Positions 1 to 9,465 of a stretch of DNA of 64,000 nucleotides are shown here, piece after piece (positions within the stretch are counted from its first letter, which is position 1; the number at the start of each line of letters is the position of its first letter). The notes under the pieces were generated by a model. It did no database searches. It saw only the letters and a list, made by a program, of their open reading frames with translations, and had not been told where the DNA came from. Source of the DNA: an uncultured Thermodesulfobacteriota bacterium (GTDB lineage: Bacteria > Desulfobacterota > WTBG01 > CAIYCZ01 > CAIRTM01); the NCBI GenBank assembly GCA_964621615.1, contig CAZUMW010000009.1, forward strand, positions 24,802-88,801. The letters run 5' to 3'. The translations under genes and the position numbers were made by a program.

Positions 1-1693
1 TGTCCAGGCCGAGGACCGCAAAATAGGTTTCCTCGGCTTTTTCATACGCGCCCCGTTGCTGTGCCCCGGCAGCATCAGCAAGCAGCGCGGCTATGGTCTC
101 CCGGCGGCGCTGCTGCTCGTAGGCGGCGGTGAAAGCCGCCCCCAGAATAAGGCAGATGATAGCGGCCGCTATGCCGGCAGAAGCAATTTTGTTGCGCAGA
201 ACCCATTTTTTCGTTCTTACCAGAATGTTGTCGCGCTTTGCGGAGACGCTCTTGCCGTCGAGGTACAGCAGCAGGTCGTTTTTGAGATCGGCGGCTGTCT
301 GGTACCGGTCATCTTTTTCGCGCGCCATCGCTTTCATGCACACGGCGCTGAGCTCCGGGGGGATCATGTTTTGCGGCGCCCGTATCTCAGGGCTCTGCAG
401 GATACGCTTCTGTGCTTTCTGCAGGGCCTCCCGCGCTGATTTGCCCCGATAGGGTGCCTGGTAGGTGAGAATTTTGTACAGGATACCGCCGAGCGAAAAT
501 ATGTCCGAGCGCTCGTCAAGCTCGGCGATATCGCCGCAGGCCTGCTCTGGCGACATATAGGAAGGCGTGCCGACTATCTGGCCCGCCGCTGTTCGATACG
601 GGTCTGACTCCGCCGTTTCCGGCGCTGCAGGGCCGCCTGCGGGCTGATCGTCCCGGCCCAGAACTTTGGCCAGGCCCCAGTCCATTATCATGGCCTCTCC
701 GAAATCGCCGACCATGATGTTTTCCGGTTTCAGATCGCGGTGCAGCACGCCTTTGGAGTGCGCATAGCTCACCCCGTCGCATATTTTCATAAATACCTGC
801 AGCAGGGTTACCGGGCTGTATTTCTGCTTCGAGCCTGCGTCTCCCTTGCCGATCCGGTTGATGATGTCCTCAAGGGTTTCGCCCTTGACGAGCTTCATCG
901 TGAAATAAATTTTTGACTCTTCATCGATGCCGATATCGTGTATCGGCACGATATTGGGATGCTCGAGCTGACCGGTTACCTGCGCCTCCTCGAGGAACCG
1001 CTTTATGTGTCCGGTGCTTGAGCTGACGCCGGGTAGCATGACTTTCATCGCGACTTTGCGCCTGATGTCCTGGTCGATAGTGGCGTAAACGGCTCCCATT
1101 CCGCCGCGGCCGAGCTCGGTGTCATAGATGTATTTTGTTTCGGAGGGGGAGCGGGAAATGACATCGTTGATTGTTGCGGCGCCGCTTTTGTCAAGCGATT
1201 TGCCCCTTTTGGCGTAGTAGAGCTGCGAGGTCAGCTCGAGGTCGACATCGGGCCTGACGTTGAGCATCTGCTGAATCACTTTTGTCGCTGCAATGCTTTT
1301 ATGGCCCTGCTGCACGGAGGCCTCCGGGGCGGCGTCCAGTTGGGGGGGGGGTGCCGAAAACTGTGTTTTTGTTTCGGTGTCATCAGGAGTCTGCGTTTCG
1401 GCATCAGCGGCGACGGTTTGGCCCGGATCATCGGCAATAGTTTCACCGGGCGGGGGCCCGGCATCCGGTTGCGGCCCGGCAATGGTTTTTTCATCCCCGG
1501 CCGAGCCATCTTCGGGGCGCTGCTGCTGATCTGCCTCGGTCCAGGCAACAGTTTCGCCGGAGCCCGGGGGTGAGGTGCCGCCGTCCCGGAGCTTTACGGG
1601 CAGGCAGTGATCGCAATACAGCTGCTCTCCGTGCCGGATCAGATTTTTTGTGATTGCTCGCCCGCAGGTGGGGCAGGTTTGTTGTGTTGTCAT
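1..1693 (-). CDS. Hanks-type Ser/Thr protein kinase with N-terminal zinc ribbon and C-terminal TM helix (3' end runs off the window)
   Basis: Missing from the ORF track because there is no stop in the window. Manual translation from ATG 1693 gives MTTQQTCPTCGR..YCDHC, then GRGGMGAVY, VAMK, RFLEEAQVTGQLEHPNIVP, HRDLKPENIM, DWGLAK, GTPSYMSPEQ, DIFSLG and a TM segment IASAGIAAAIICLILGAAFTAA. Confidence 0.93.
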   Translation of the reverse strand, partial: MTTQQTCPTCGRAITKNLIRHGEQLYCDHCLPVKLRDGGTSPPGSGETVAWTEADQQQRPEDGSAGDEKTIAGPQPDAGPPPGETIADDPGQTVAADAETQTPDDTETKTQFSAPPPQLDAAPEASVQQGHKSIAATKVIQQMLNVRPDVDLELTSQLYYAKRGKSLDKSGAATINDVISRSPSETKYIYDTELGRGGMGAVYATIDQDIRRKVAMKVMLPGVSSSTGHIKRFLEEAQVTGQLEHPNIVPIHDIGIDEESKIYFTMKLVKGETLEDIINRIGKGDAGSKQKYSPVTLLQVFMKICDGVSYAHSKGVLHRDLKPENIMVGDFGEAMIMDWGLAKVLGRDDQPAGGPAAPETAESDPYRTAAGQIVGTPSYMSPEQACGDIAELDERSDIFSLGGILYKILTYQAPYRGKSAREALQKAQKRILQSPEIRAPQNMIPPELSAVCMKAMAREKDDRYQTAADLKNDLLLYLDGKSVSAKRDNILVRTKKWVLRNKIASAGIAAAIICLILGAAFTAAYEQQRRRETIAALLADAAGAQQRGAYEKAEETYFAVLGLD

Positions 1694-1766
1694 GTCATGG
1701 TTTGCTGCTAAGTGTTATCCGGCAGTGCTTCGGCTTCTACTGCCAGCTGCACGCTGAAATATTCTG

Positions 1767-3065
1767 TCAGCGATTTTTAATTATTTCCAGGTTTTTTTGG
1801 ACTTTTTCAGCGCAAGCCCTGTCTTCGATCTGCGTATACAGCTCAAGTGAGCGGTTTAAAAAATCAACAGCATCTTCCTTGTCGCCAAGGTGATATGCAC
1901 TCATGCCGAGCGAGCACAGCGCGTGGGCTTTTTTTTCTTCCCGGCGGGCTTCGATGAAGCAGGTAAGCGCGTCGCTGTAGGCTGTGCGGGCTTTGCCGTA
2001 TATGCCGCGGCGGCGGTACAGATCGCCGAGATAGAGAAGCACATCGCCCTCCTGCTCTCTGCCGGCTGCTGATTTAAAAATCTCACGGGCTTCGCGATAC
2101 GCGGCAGCTGCCGCGTCTGTGTCGCCTTTCTGCTGAAGCTTGCCCGCCTTTTCAATAAGCGCCTCAGCCTTTGCGATGCGCTGTTTTTGCTGTCCTGGCA
2201 GGCGCTTGTAATCCTCCAGCTCAGAGAGCAGGCGATCGCTCCGGAACGCTTTCCGGTAATGCTGTTCAAGCAGTGAGCACAGCGTGAGGGCTTTTTGCTC
2301 TTCGGCGGACCTGCCGCCGGCCGCGCAGCCGCGCGCCTGCTTGAGCAGCCACACAAAAGCATCTTCAGCGTTTTTTTTCCGGCTCCGCACCAGAAGCCCG
2401 AGCCGCCGGTCGCTGCTCTGCTCCGCGGCGGCGATAAGCTCATTAATAAATTCCTCAAGAGAAAGCTCTTTTTCAAGGGGCCTGAGCTCTTCGGGCGACG
2501 GAATGTTTGCAAGGTTTTTTTTCGCAATATCAAGGACCCGGCCGTTGCCGCTTTTTTTGCTGAGCTCTATTGCTTTGCGGTAGTGATGTCCCGCCTTCCC
2601 GTAGTCACGGATAATAAAATGATAAATTGCGGCACAGTTGTTCCACGCTTCAGCCATGTCGGGGTCGAGCTCTATTGCTTTTTGAAAGAAGGTTAATGCG
2701 TTTTTGTACTTTTTGCGCATGTACAGGCTGTAGCCGAGCCCGTAGCACACAGCCGCGTTGCCGGGATTGTCCAGATAGCGTGATTCCATAAAAACAGCAG
2801 CTCCGGCGGTGTCCCCCAGGGCGCTGTAACACTGTATAATGCCCCGGTAGGGTTCAGTGCGGGCCGGCGCCTTATCTGCCGCTTTTTTGTAGATCTCGAG
2901 CGCATCGTTGTACCTGCCTGCCTCGAAAAGCTCCCCGGCCTTCGCAAGCTGCTGACCCGGCTCATGCCCGGCGTGCAGCGGCGGCAGCCCGGCTATAAAA
3001 AAAACAATCAAAAAAGCAATAAACGCTGCAGCAGCAGCTGATGATTCGGCTGTGTATCGGATCAT
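1767..3065 (-). CDS. Exported tetratricopeptide-repeat protein
   Basis: Signal-peptide-like N-terminus from ATG 3065 (MIRY..AFIAFLIVFFIAG) and multiple TPRs (YGLGYSLY, AEAWNNCA, LLYLGDLY, ALCSLG). The track start at 3284 overlaps the upstream gene and is unlikely. Confidence 0.8.
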   Translation of the reverse strand: MIRYTAESSAAAAAFIAFLIVFFIAGLPPLHAGHEPGQQLAKAGELFEAGRYNDALEIYKKAADKAPARTEPYRGIIQCYSALGDTAGAAVFMESRYLDNPGNAAVCYGLGYSLYMRKKYKNALTFFQKAIELDPDMAEAWNNCAAIYHFIIRDYGKAGHHYRKAIELSKKSGNGRVLDIAKKNLANIPSPEELRPLEKELSLEEFINELIAAAEQSSDRRLGLLVRSRKKNAEDAFVWLLKQARGCAAGGRSAEEQKALTLCSLLEQHYRKAFRSDRLLSELEDYKRLPGQQKQRIAKAEALIEKAGKLQQKGDTDAAAAAYREAREIFKSAAGREQEGDVLLYLGDLYRRRGIYGKARTAYSDALTCFIEARREEKKAHALCSLGMSAYHLGDKEDAVDFLNRSLELYTQIEDRACAEKVQKNLEIIKNR

Positions 3066-3168
3066 GGCAGGTTGCCTGCAGTGGTAATAGCCGGGCCGTT
3101 GATACAGCCTTTCCTGATGCAGCGGCGCCGCATGCTGCGGGCGCGGCAGCAGCGGGCGGGCCGGATGC

Positions 3169-3531
3169 TCAGGTGATGATATCAAGTATGGTGCCGACCA
3201 TTTCATCGTATGCCGGTATGATCGAGGCGCTGGCCCGATACCCGTATTGCGCGATTTTTGTTTGTATGAGCTCCTGCGATACATCCACGTTTGACATTTC
3301 CTTATAGCGCTCGGCTTCGGGAAGCCCCTCGGGTGCCTGAGTGCGGGGGCCCGGTTCGGCTGTGTGCGTAATGCAGGCTTTCGGGCTGCCTGAGGAGGAT
3401 GATTCTATAGCAGTCCCCGCGCGCATGTAGCTGTAGGTATTTATATTGGCGATATTGTTGGCATGTACCGCCAGCTTGACCGTATGTGCGGTCAGTCCTG
3501 CAAGGGCTGCATGCAGCGGGCTTATTTCCAT
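3169..3531 (-). CDS. Small flagellar basal-body rod/hook-domain protein (FlgC/FlgE-like termini)
   Basis: N-terminal HANNIAN and C-terminal SNVDVSQELIQ..YRASA..DEMVGTILDI match the terminal motifs of rod proteins; 120 aa. Confidence 0.75.
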   Translation of the reverse strand: MEISPLHAALAGLTAHTVKLAVHANNIANINTYSYMRAGTAIESSSSGSPKACITHTAEPGPRTQAPEGLPEAERYKEMSNVDVSQELIQTKIAQYGYRASASIIPAYDEMVGTILDIIT

Positions 3532-3603
3532 GGGCGCATGCTCCCGTTTTAGTCCATAGGTGCTGCAGGGACGCTCTGCCCGCGGTGCTTGAAATCCACC
3601 TGC

Positions 3604-4047
3604 TTAGAGGTAGTCACCGCGGTTGAATTTGATGATTTCGACCGAAGAGCGGATAAGCACCTCATCAAGTACCGGCTTTATTTCGTCATGCGGCGGCAGT
3701 GTTTCGGAAACGCTTTTGAGGGAGTCGGTTTCACGTTCGAGGTCGTGAACAACAGGGGAAATATCTTTCAGTGCGGATGCGCTGCCGAGCTTGCGGGAAT
3801 AGGTCTCCATGAGATCCAGCAGTGAGGAAATGCGTGAAGCCAGCGAGTCGTGGTCCTGGACGGTTTCCAGAGCGACTCTGGCGGCGGCGTTCAGGGCCTG
3901 CAGATCCGGTACAGACGATGCTTTAGCGGCCTTTGGTGCCATGTTTTTCTGAAGGTGTGCCTCAAACGCCGCTTTATTGCTTCCGGTGTGTTTTTTGTGT
4001 TCCGGAGCGGCTTTGTTGACTATGTTTCCGGGATCGGAAATTTTCAT
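3604..4047 (-). CDS. Hypothetical protein, helical, 147 aa
   Basis: Clean ORF preceded by a GGGGG RBS-like run, co-oriented with neighbours; no family recognised. Confidence 0.65.
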   Translation of the reverse strand: MKISDPGNIVNKAAPEHKKHTGSNKAAFEAHLQKNMAPKAAKASSVPDLQALNAAARVALETVQDHDSLASRISSLLDLMETYSRKLGSASALKDISPVVHDLERETDSLKSVSETLPPHDEIKPVLDEVLIRSSVEIIKFNRGDYL

Positions 4048-4128
4048 CGGAACCCCCTGAAAAAACGATGTTATGATTATATGTATCGTCGAAAAACAAG
4101 CAAAAGTAAAGTGAAAAAATTACATATA

Positions 4129-4881
4129 TCAGGAGCGCCGCTGTTGTTCGGATACGCCCCTCGGAAGATCCTGGCGCAGATGCTTCTTAAACCAGAAAAG
4201 ACTTTTTTCAACAGCGGCCTCCCGGTCCGCAGGCCTGCTGATCGAGTGGTCGCCTGAGGGAAAAATAATAAGTTCTTTTGGCTGGTTAACGCGGGAAATG
4301 ATATTTTCAGCGTGAGCGGCCGGCACAATGGCATCCTGTTTGCCGTGTATGACCTGCACGGTATGAAGGCGCTTGAGCGCCGGCAGCGGATCATATGCTG
4401 CGGTATCCGAAAAAAAAGAGTGGCTGAGCTTATCCAGGTCCTGCTGTGGAACCGTGTGAAAAATGTCTTCGATGATGCAGGGGGCGGCCCACAGAGAGAC
4501 GGCCTGCACAGGGCTCTGCGCTGCAAAGAAAATGGAGACGAAGCCGCCGAACGAGCTGCCGAGGATGCCGCGCGACGTGCCGATTCGGGGGTGGCTGCTC
4601 ACGTAGCCGGCAACTGCCGTCAGATCCTGCAGGCGGCCGGATGCTGTTGTTTCCGCGATTGTTCCCGAGCTTTCGCCGCAGCCGGCAAAATCAAATAGCG
4701 CCACCGCAATGCCGCTCCGGGAAAAGCGTTCGGCAATTGCAGCGAATTTATCGCTTGCTTTTGAGCTGAACAGGCCATGGCAGGTGATGACGCAGGGCGG
4801 ATTGCTGATGTCAGGAATATGCAGCACGCCGCTTATGGTGTGGCTGCCTTCCGACAGGAGAAAGGGCTCTTTGCGGATCAT
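4129..4881 (-). CDS. Alpha/beta hydrolase
   Basis: CHGLFS, nucleophile elbow GSSFGG, and HGKQD and GDH acid/His motifs. Confidence 0.88.
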   Translation of the reverse strand: MIRKEPFLLSEGSHTISGVLHIPDISNPPCVITCHGLFSSKASDKFAAIAERFSRSGIAVALFDFAGCGESSGTIAETTASGRLQDLTAVAGYVSSHPRIGTSRGILGSSFGGFVSIFFAAQSPVQAVSLWAAPCIIEDIFHTVPQQDLDKLSHSFFSDTAAYDPLPALKRLHTVQVIHGKQDAIVPAAHAENIISRVNQPKELIIFPSGDHSISRPADREAAVEKSLFWFKKHLRQDLPRGVSEQQRRS

Positions 4882-4910
4882 TTTTTACGCTGTATTGCTA
4901 TGGGGACGCC

Positions 4911-5900
4911 TTATGCTTCGCTGCTGCTGTTGTCGCTTTCGGCGCTGTCTGCATCAGGGGCCGACTCTTCAGCCTGCTTAAGGGTGCTCAGCTCAGGGCA
5001 GATTTTTTTGAGCCGGTGCTTTTCTACAAGATAGACGGTCTTTTTGCCTGCGACGCGGCAGTAGTGCTGATAGGCGTTCTTTTCTTTGCCCATCTCAAGC
5101 GTGTAGGTTGTGCCGCCGCTGCACAAAGCAGACATGGTCCGCACCGGGCGGTCGAGCCCGAATTCTTCCGGCGATCCCTTCGCAAAGCCGGCTGCCTCCA
5201 TGCCCGCAAATGCCTGCACCGCTTTGGCTGCTTCATCCTGGTTGGCTGTAAAGGTTTCCGGCCCGGTAACCTGCCAGATGCCGCTGTCGGCTTTTGCAAG
5301 CTGGAGGGTTTTGTCGCCGGAAACGGTGATCTTTGTTATCTTTTTTGTGTCGATGCTGAATATTGTTTTATCCCGCCACCCCTCGATTTTTTTATTGAAA
5401 TCATTTTTGACAATGCCGGCGGCGAGCATTACACGATTGCGGTCGTGCCTGCGGATATACGTGCTGAAAACATCGGGGCCGTTTTTGCCGATAAAAAAGT
5501 GTGCCAGCTGATTGCCGGAGGAATCCTCTATCAGAACCTCAACCCCCTTTTCGCCGGTAACCTCAAAATTGTCGAAATTATCGGGGTTTTGAGAGGCAAC
5601 CGTATCGCTTCGAAGGGAGCCAACAGCGCTCAGCATTTTGTTTACCGCCGATGTGTCGGCAGAAAATGTTTCATTGTCAGCCGCGACTGTCCAGGATTTT
5701 GTGCCGTTTTTTGTAAACTGAAACAGTGCCGTGTCGGGAGCCGTCAGGGTTATGGAAGCGGCCTGCTCCTTTTTGAATTCGGGAAACAAAAGAGGCGGCG
5801 CCTCTTTTTTGCCGCTTTCGGCCGGGCGCTCGATAATGTAATACAGCACTCCCAGAATCAGAAAGGCTCCTGCCAGTAGTGCAAGGCGTTTTAGTTGCAT
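4911..5900 (-). CDS. DUF4340 domain protein (Gld-like ABC accessory)
   Basis: N-terminal anchor and two repeated domains (FEVTG../FGLDRP..); last gene of a GldA/F/G-like cluster. Confidence 0.75.
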   Translation of the reverse strand: MQLKRLALLAGAFLILGVLYYIIERPAESGKKEAPPLLFPEFKKEQAASITLTAPDTALFQFTKNGTKSWTVAADNETFSADTSAVNKMLSAVGSLRSDTVASQNPDNFDNFEVTGEKGVEVLIEDSSGNQLAHFFIGKNGPDVFSTYIRRHDRNRVMLAAGIVKNDFNKKIEGWRDKTIFSIDTKKITKITVSGDKTLQLAKADSGIWQVTGPETFTANQDEAAKAVQAFAGMEAAGFAKGSPEEFGLDRPVRTMSALCSGGTTYTLEMGKEKNAYQHYCRVAGKKTVYLVEKHRLKKICPELSTLKQAEESAPDADSAESDNSSSEA

Positions 5901-5948
5901 GGTACAGCCCCCGTGCTGATTGAAAAGGAAACAGTCGGAAAAGAGGGG

Positions 5949-7586
5949 TTACAGAACAATGCCCCTTCGTTTGCGCCGCCTGCGCGCGTATGCCTGAAAA
6001 AGGCCGAAGACCGCAAGCGCTGCAGGAACGGCAAGCAGGTTAATATAGCGGACAGCGGTTTTTGTGCTGTCAGACGTAATATGCAGCGGCCGCTCGCCGG
6101 CTTCCCGCGAGCGTATATCCATCAAATAGTCACCCAGTATAAACCAGTCCATCGCGTTCAGAAAAAAGCTCCGGTTACCCTCGAAGCGTGCAGGAAACTG
6201 GCCGGTGATGAAGCGCGCATTACCCACAACGATTATTTGTGTTTCAGGGCTTTTAGCAGTGATTGTCCGCGGCTCGCCGGGCTCGCTTTTGTCCTGTCCG
6301 GCCGTTTCTTCCGTGGCGGTTGCATTGTCGTTGTCTTTTAACTCTGCCTCGGGGACGGCTTTGCCCGTAAAAAAGCTGTCAAACCTGCCCGACAGCTCGA
6401 CGGCCACGGTGCGCTTTGTGAGGCTCCCCGGTGACGGCTGAAAGGGCTGCTGGGGGTTGAGGTTGAAATAGCCCTTTTGCGTCCAGCTGTGCTCGGTTGT
6501 TTGTGCGATAACGGTGGCGCTGACGCTGCTGTTATCGGCGACAACCTCAAGCGGGCTCGGCCACGGCAGAACCATGCTTTCAAGGCGGCTGATTATAGGG
6601 TGGTCGGTTTCGGTGCTTTGCCGCAGAATGCGCACCCAGAACGGATAGGGCACCATGATATTGAACATGCCGCTCTGGAAGGAGGCCTGGGCATGGGATT
6701 TGTCAAGCACCAGCTCCGGCAGCACCTTGACGCCCCAGTGCTCGAGCAGATCCGTAACCGGCGATTCAATCAGCTGCCCCTGAAGGCCGCGCTGCTGATT
6801 TATGTCGACCCGGTCTATGAGAAACAGGGCTTTGCCGCCCGACATGACATACTGGTCTATCTCAAACAGGTCCCGGTCAGTGAGCTTTCTGGGGGAGGCA
6901 ACCACCAGCGCCGCGATATCATCCGGTATCGGCTTGCCGCCTTCGGTGGAAACGGTTTTTGTCCAGTACTGTTCTTTGAGGGCGCCATTGATTGCGCTGA
7001 GCTCGCTGTGCAGGCCGGGCTCGCCGTGTCCGGTCAGAAAGCCGATGGTCTCCACGGTGTCGCGGGTGACCCGCAGGATTTTGCTGGTAAGGTCATATTC
7101 CAGAGAAACTGTATCCGTCAGGGCGGGAATAACCTCTTTGTTGTCTCCGTACAGAACGGCAAGGCCCATGTACACATTGGTCATCGCCGCCTGATTTTTC
7201 TCAATGATATTGAGCCTGAGCTGAGGGATGCCCATGAAGCGAAGCTTGCGCTGCAGCATGGGGTCATCTGTCGGGTCGATATACTCGACGGCGATATTGC
7301 CCTCACCGTAAATTTCATATTCGGCGATGATGTCTTTGATCTGACTGGTGACGGTAACCATGTAGGGGGGCAGATCCTTTGACAGATATACCTTGATGTT
7401 GACGATATCATCAAGATCGCTGAGCATCTGACGGGTTGACTCCGAGATGGTGAATCGCTTGTTTTCCGTCAGGTCCGCGCGAAAAAAGTGGCGGTAGGAA
7501 AACGCGTTGACAACGCCCAGAATGCCCGCCAGCAGGAGAACCATGAGGACGACGTTTGTTCCGTATGCAGCTTTTTTTAAACCCAT
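5949..7586 (-). CDS. GldG-family ABC transporter auxiliary protein
   Basis: RADLTENKRFTISEST, EYDLTS, IGFLTGHGEP, IDQYVMSGG, FFLNAMDW and a C-terminal TM followed by RRRKRR. Confidence 0.88.
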   Translation of the reverse strand: MGLKKAAYGTNVVLMVLLLAGILGVVNAFSYRHFFRADLTENKRFTISESTRQMLSDLDDIVNIKVYLSKDLPPYMVTVTSQIKDIIAEYEIYGEGNIAVEYIDPTDDPMLQRKLRFMGIPQLRLNIIEKNQAAMTNVYMGLAVLYGDNKEVIPALTDTVSLEYDLTSKILRVTRDTVETIGFLTGHGEPGLHSELSAINGALKEQYWTKTVSTEGGKPIPDDIAALVVASPRKLTDRDLFEIDQYVMSGGKALFLIDRVDINQQRGLQGQLIESPVTDLLEHWGVKVLPELVLDKSHAQASFQSGMFNIMVPYPFWVRILRQSTETDHPIISRLESMVLPWPSPLEVVADNSSVSATVIAQTTEHSWTQKGYFNLNPQQPFQPSPGSLTKRTVAVELSGRFDSFFTGKAVPEAELKDNDNATATEETAGQDKSEPGEPRTITAKSPETQIIVVGNARFITGQFPARFEGNRSFFLNAMDWFILGDYLMDIRSREAGERPLHITSDSTKTAVRYINLLAVPAALAVFGLFQAYARRRRKRRGIVL

Positions 7587-7591
7587 AGGCT

Positions 7592-8308
7592 TCACTTCCA
7601 TTTTCTGCTTTCAATTGACATCTGATTTAAAAACAGAAAAAATCCGATAACAGACAGGTAATAAGTTATATCTCTGGAGTCGATAACCCCTTTGCCGATG
7701 CTTTCAAAATGCGATCCGAGCCCCAGGAAAGACAGCAGGGGAACAACGGAAGAGGGCAGGCTGAGCAGAACGAAATTCTCTCCGACGATAAGCAGCCCGA
7801 AGCAGATAATAATGGCGACAATAAACGCGATGATCTGATTCTCGGTAAGGCTGGATGCGAACATGCCGATCGACAGATACGCGCCCCCGAGCAGGAAGGC
7901 GCCGATGTAGCCGCCCCATATGGGCCCGGTATCCGGGTTTCCGAGAAACAGTACGCTGAGCGGCAGGGGAAAGGTAAGCGCTATGGTGATTACCAGGAAC
8001 ACAAAACAGGCCAGGAATTTTCCCAGGGTGATTTCCCAGTCCCTGACCGGAAGCGTCATCAGTATTTCCATGGTTCCGAGCTTTTTCTCCTCTGCCCAGC
8101 AGCGCATGGTAACGGCGGGCGCCAGAAAGAGAAACACCCAGGGCAGCACCGAGAAGAACGGGCGCATTGTGGCCTGGTTCATGATAAAGAATGTTCTGAA
8201 AAACAGCCAGTTGGTAACGCCGAGGAACGTGATAATCACGATATAGGCGACCGGGGAGCTGAAATATGATCTGAATTCTTTCCGGAAAATCGTGCCTGTG
8301 TTTTTCAT
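7592..8308 (-). CDS. GldF-like ABC-2 permease
   Basis: KEFRSYFSSPVAY, TMRCWAEEKKLGTMEILMTLP, SLTENQIIAF; multi-TM. Confidence 0.9.
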   Translation of the reverse strand: MKNTGTIFRKEFRSYFSSPVAYIVIITFLGVTNWLFFRTFFIMNQATMRPFFSVLPWVFLFLAPAVTMRCWAEEKKLGTMEILMTLPVRDWEITLGKFLACFVFLVITIALTFPLPLSVLFLGNPDTGPIWGGYIGAFLLGGAYLSIGMFASSLTENQIIAFIVAIIICFGLLIVGENFVLLSLPSSVVPLLSFLGLGSHFESIGKGVIDSRDITYYLSVIGFFLFLNQMSIESRKWK

Positions 8309-9243
8309 GACACCTCACGCGTTGTCAGATCAAGAAATACGTCTTCAAGGTTAACGGTTTTGTGTGAAAGCTCGGTAAGGCTCCAGCCGTTTTCTGCAGC
8401 CGCGAAAAATACCTGCTCGCTGAGCTCCTGAGCGGCGCCGGTAAACAGCTCGAAGCGGCTGATGCCGTCGATTTCCCCAAGATTTTTTATCTCGTTTACA
8501 TTGTCAAGCCCGCCGAGCGTTTCCTGAATAGCATCAGCGGGGCCGCGAACGGCTGCAATGACCGTGTGGCCGCCGTGGGCCATTGTTGCCAGCTCCTGCG
8601 GGGTGCCGCTGCCCACGATTTTCCCCTTATTCATGATCAGCACTCTGTCGCAGGTTGCGGAAACTTCGGGAAGTATGTGTGAGCTTAGGATAACCGTTTT
8701 TTCTTTGCCGATTGATTTGATCAGGTTCCGTATTTCGATTATCTGATGCGGGTCGAGGCCGATCGTCGGCTCGTCGAGTATGAGAATTTCAGGGTCGTGG
8801 ATGAGCGCCTGCGCCAGGCCGAGGCGCTGGCGGAATCCTTTGGAGAGCTCGCCGATATCTTTTGCGATGATGGACCCAAGCCCGCAGATATCGACGACCT
8901 GCTTTATTTTTGCTCTTTGCTGATGCCGTGGAATGCTGCGCATGGCGGCGATAAACCCGAGATATTCAAGAACCCCCATATCCATATACAGGGGGTTGTT
9001 TTCAGGCAGATAGCCGATGCGTTTTTTTACCTCCTCGGGATGCTGATCCACATTGTATCCCGCGATTGAGGCGGTCCCGCCGGTTGCCGGAATAAAGCAG
9101 GTCAGTATTTTCATGGTGGTCGACTTGCCGGCCCCGTTCGGTCCGAGGAAGCCGACGACATCACCTTTTTCAATGCGGAAGGACACTCCGTCGACCGCCT
9201 GCGTTGGCCCATAGTTTTTGCTGAGATTTGCAACCTCGATCAT
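8305..9243 (-). CDS. GldA-like ABC ATP-binding protein
   Basis: Walker A GPNGAGKST, signature LSKGFRQR, Walker B ILILDEPT. Confidence 0.93.
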   Translation of the reverse strand: MIEVANLSKNYGPTQAVDGVSFRIEKGDVVGFLGPNGAGKSTTMKILTCFIPATGGTASIAGYNVDQHPEEVKKRIGYLPENNPLYMDMGVLEYLGFIAAMRSIPRHQQRAKIKQVVDICGLGSIIAKDIGELSKGFRQRLGLAQALIHDPEILILDEPTIGLDPHQIIEIRNLIKSIGKEKTVILSSHILPEVSATCDRVLIMNKGKIVGSGTPQELATMAHGGHTVIAAVRGPADAIQETLGGLDNVNEIKNLGEIDGISRFELFTGAAQELSEQVFFAAAENGWSLTELSHKTVNLEDVFLDLTTREVS

Positions 9244-9287
9244 GCAAAGCCCTTCAGCTGAATTGTGTGTCTGTATTTTAGTGGATA

Positions 9288-9316
9288 TTTATAATCACTT
9301 ACCGCCCGGAGGTCAA
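9288..9316 (-). promoter_or_regulatory. Sigma70-type promoter for the Gld-like operon
   Basis: TTGACC-N17-TATAAA on the minus strand, 45 bp upstream of the ATG. Confidence 0.55.
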
Positions 9317-9465
9317 GCGCCTCTATAAGAAAAATGAAAAAAAGAAATGAGTGGAAAAAATCGTAGTGAAAGCTGAAGCGCTTGTCAAGAATAAATATTG
9401 CAGGAAATCTCTGCGCTCTGCCGGGTTCGGCGGTGAGCGCACTATGACCGGCGCGCCTGCGGGCT

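Noticed and set aside
3066-3284. N-terminal extension of the TPR ORF to 505 aa
   Set aside because: It overlaps the rod-domain gene in another frame; the signal peptide begins at ATG 3065.
5016-7382. Long plus-strand ORFs of 287 and 301 aa
   Set aside because: Antisense shadows of the DUF4340 and GldG genes.
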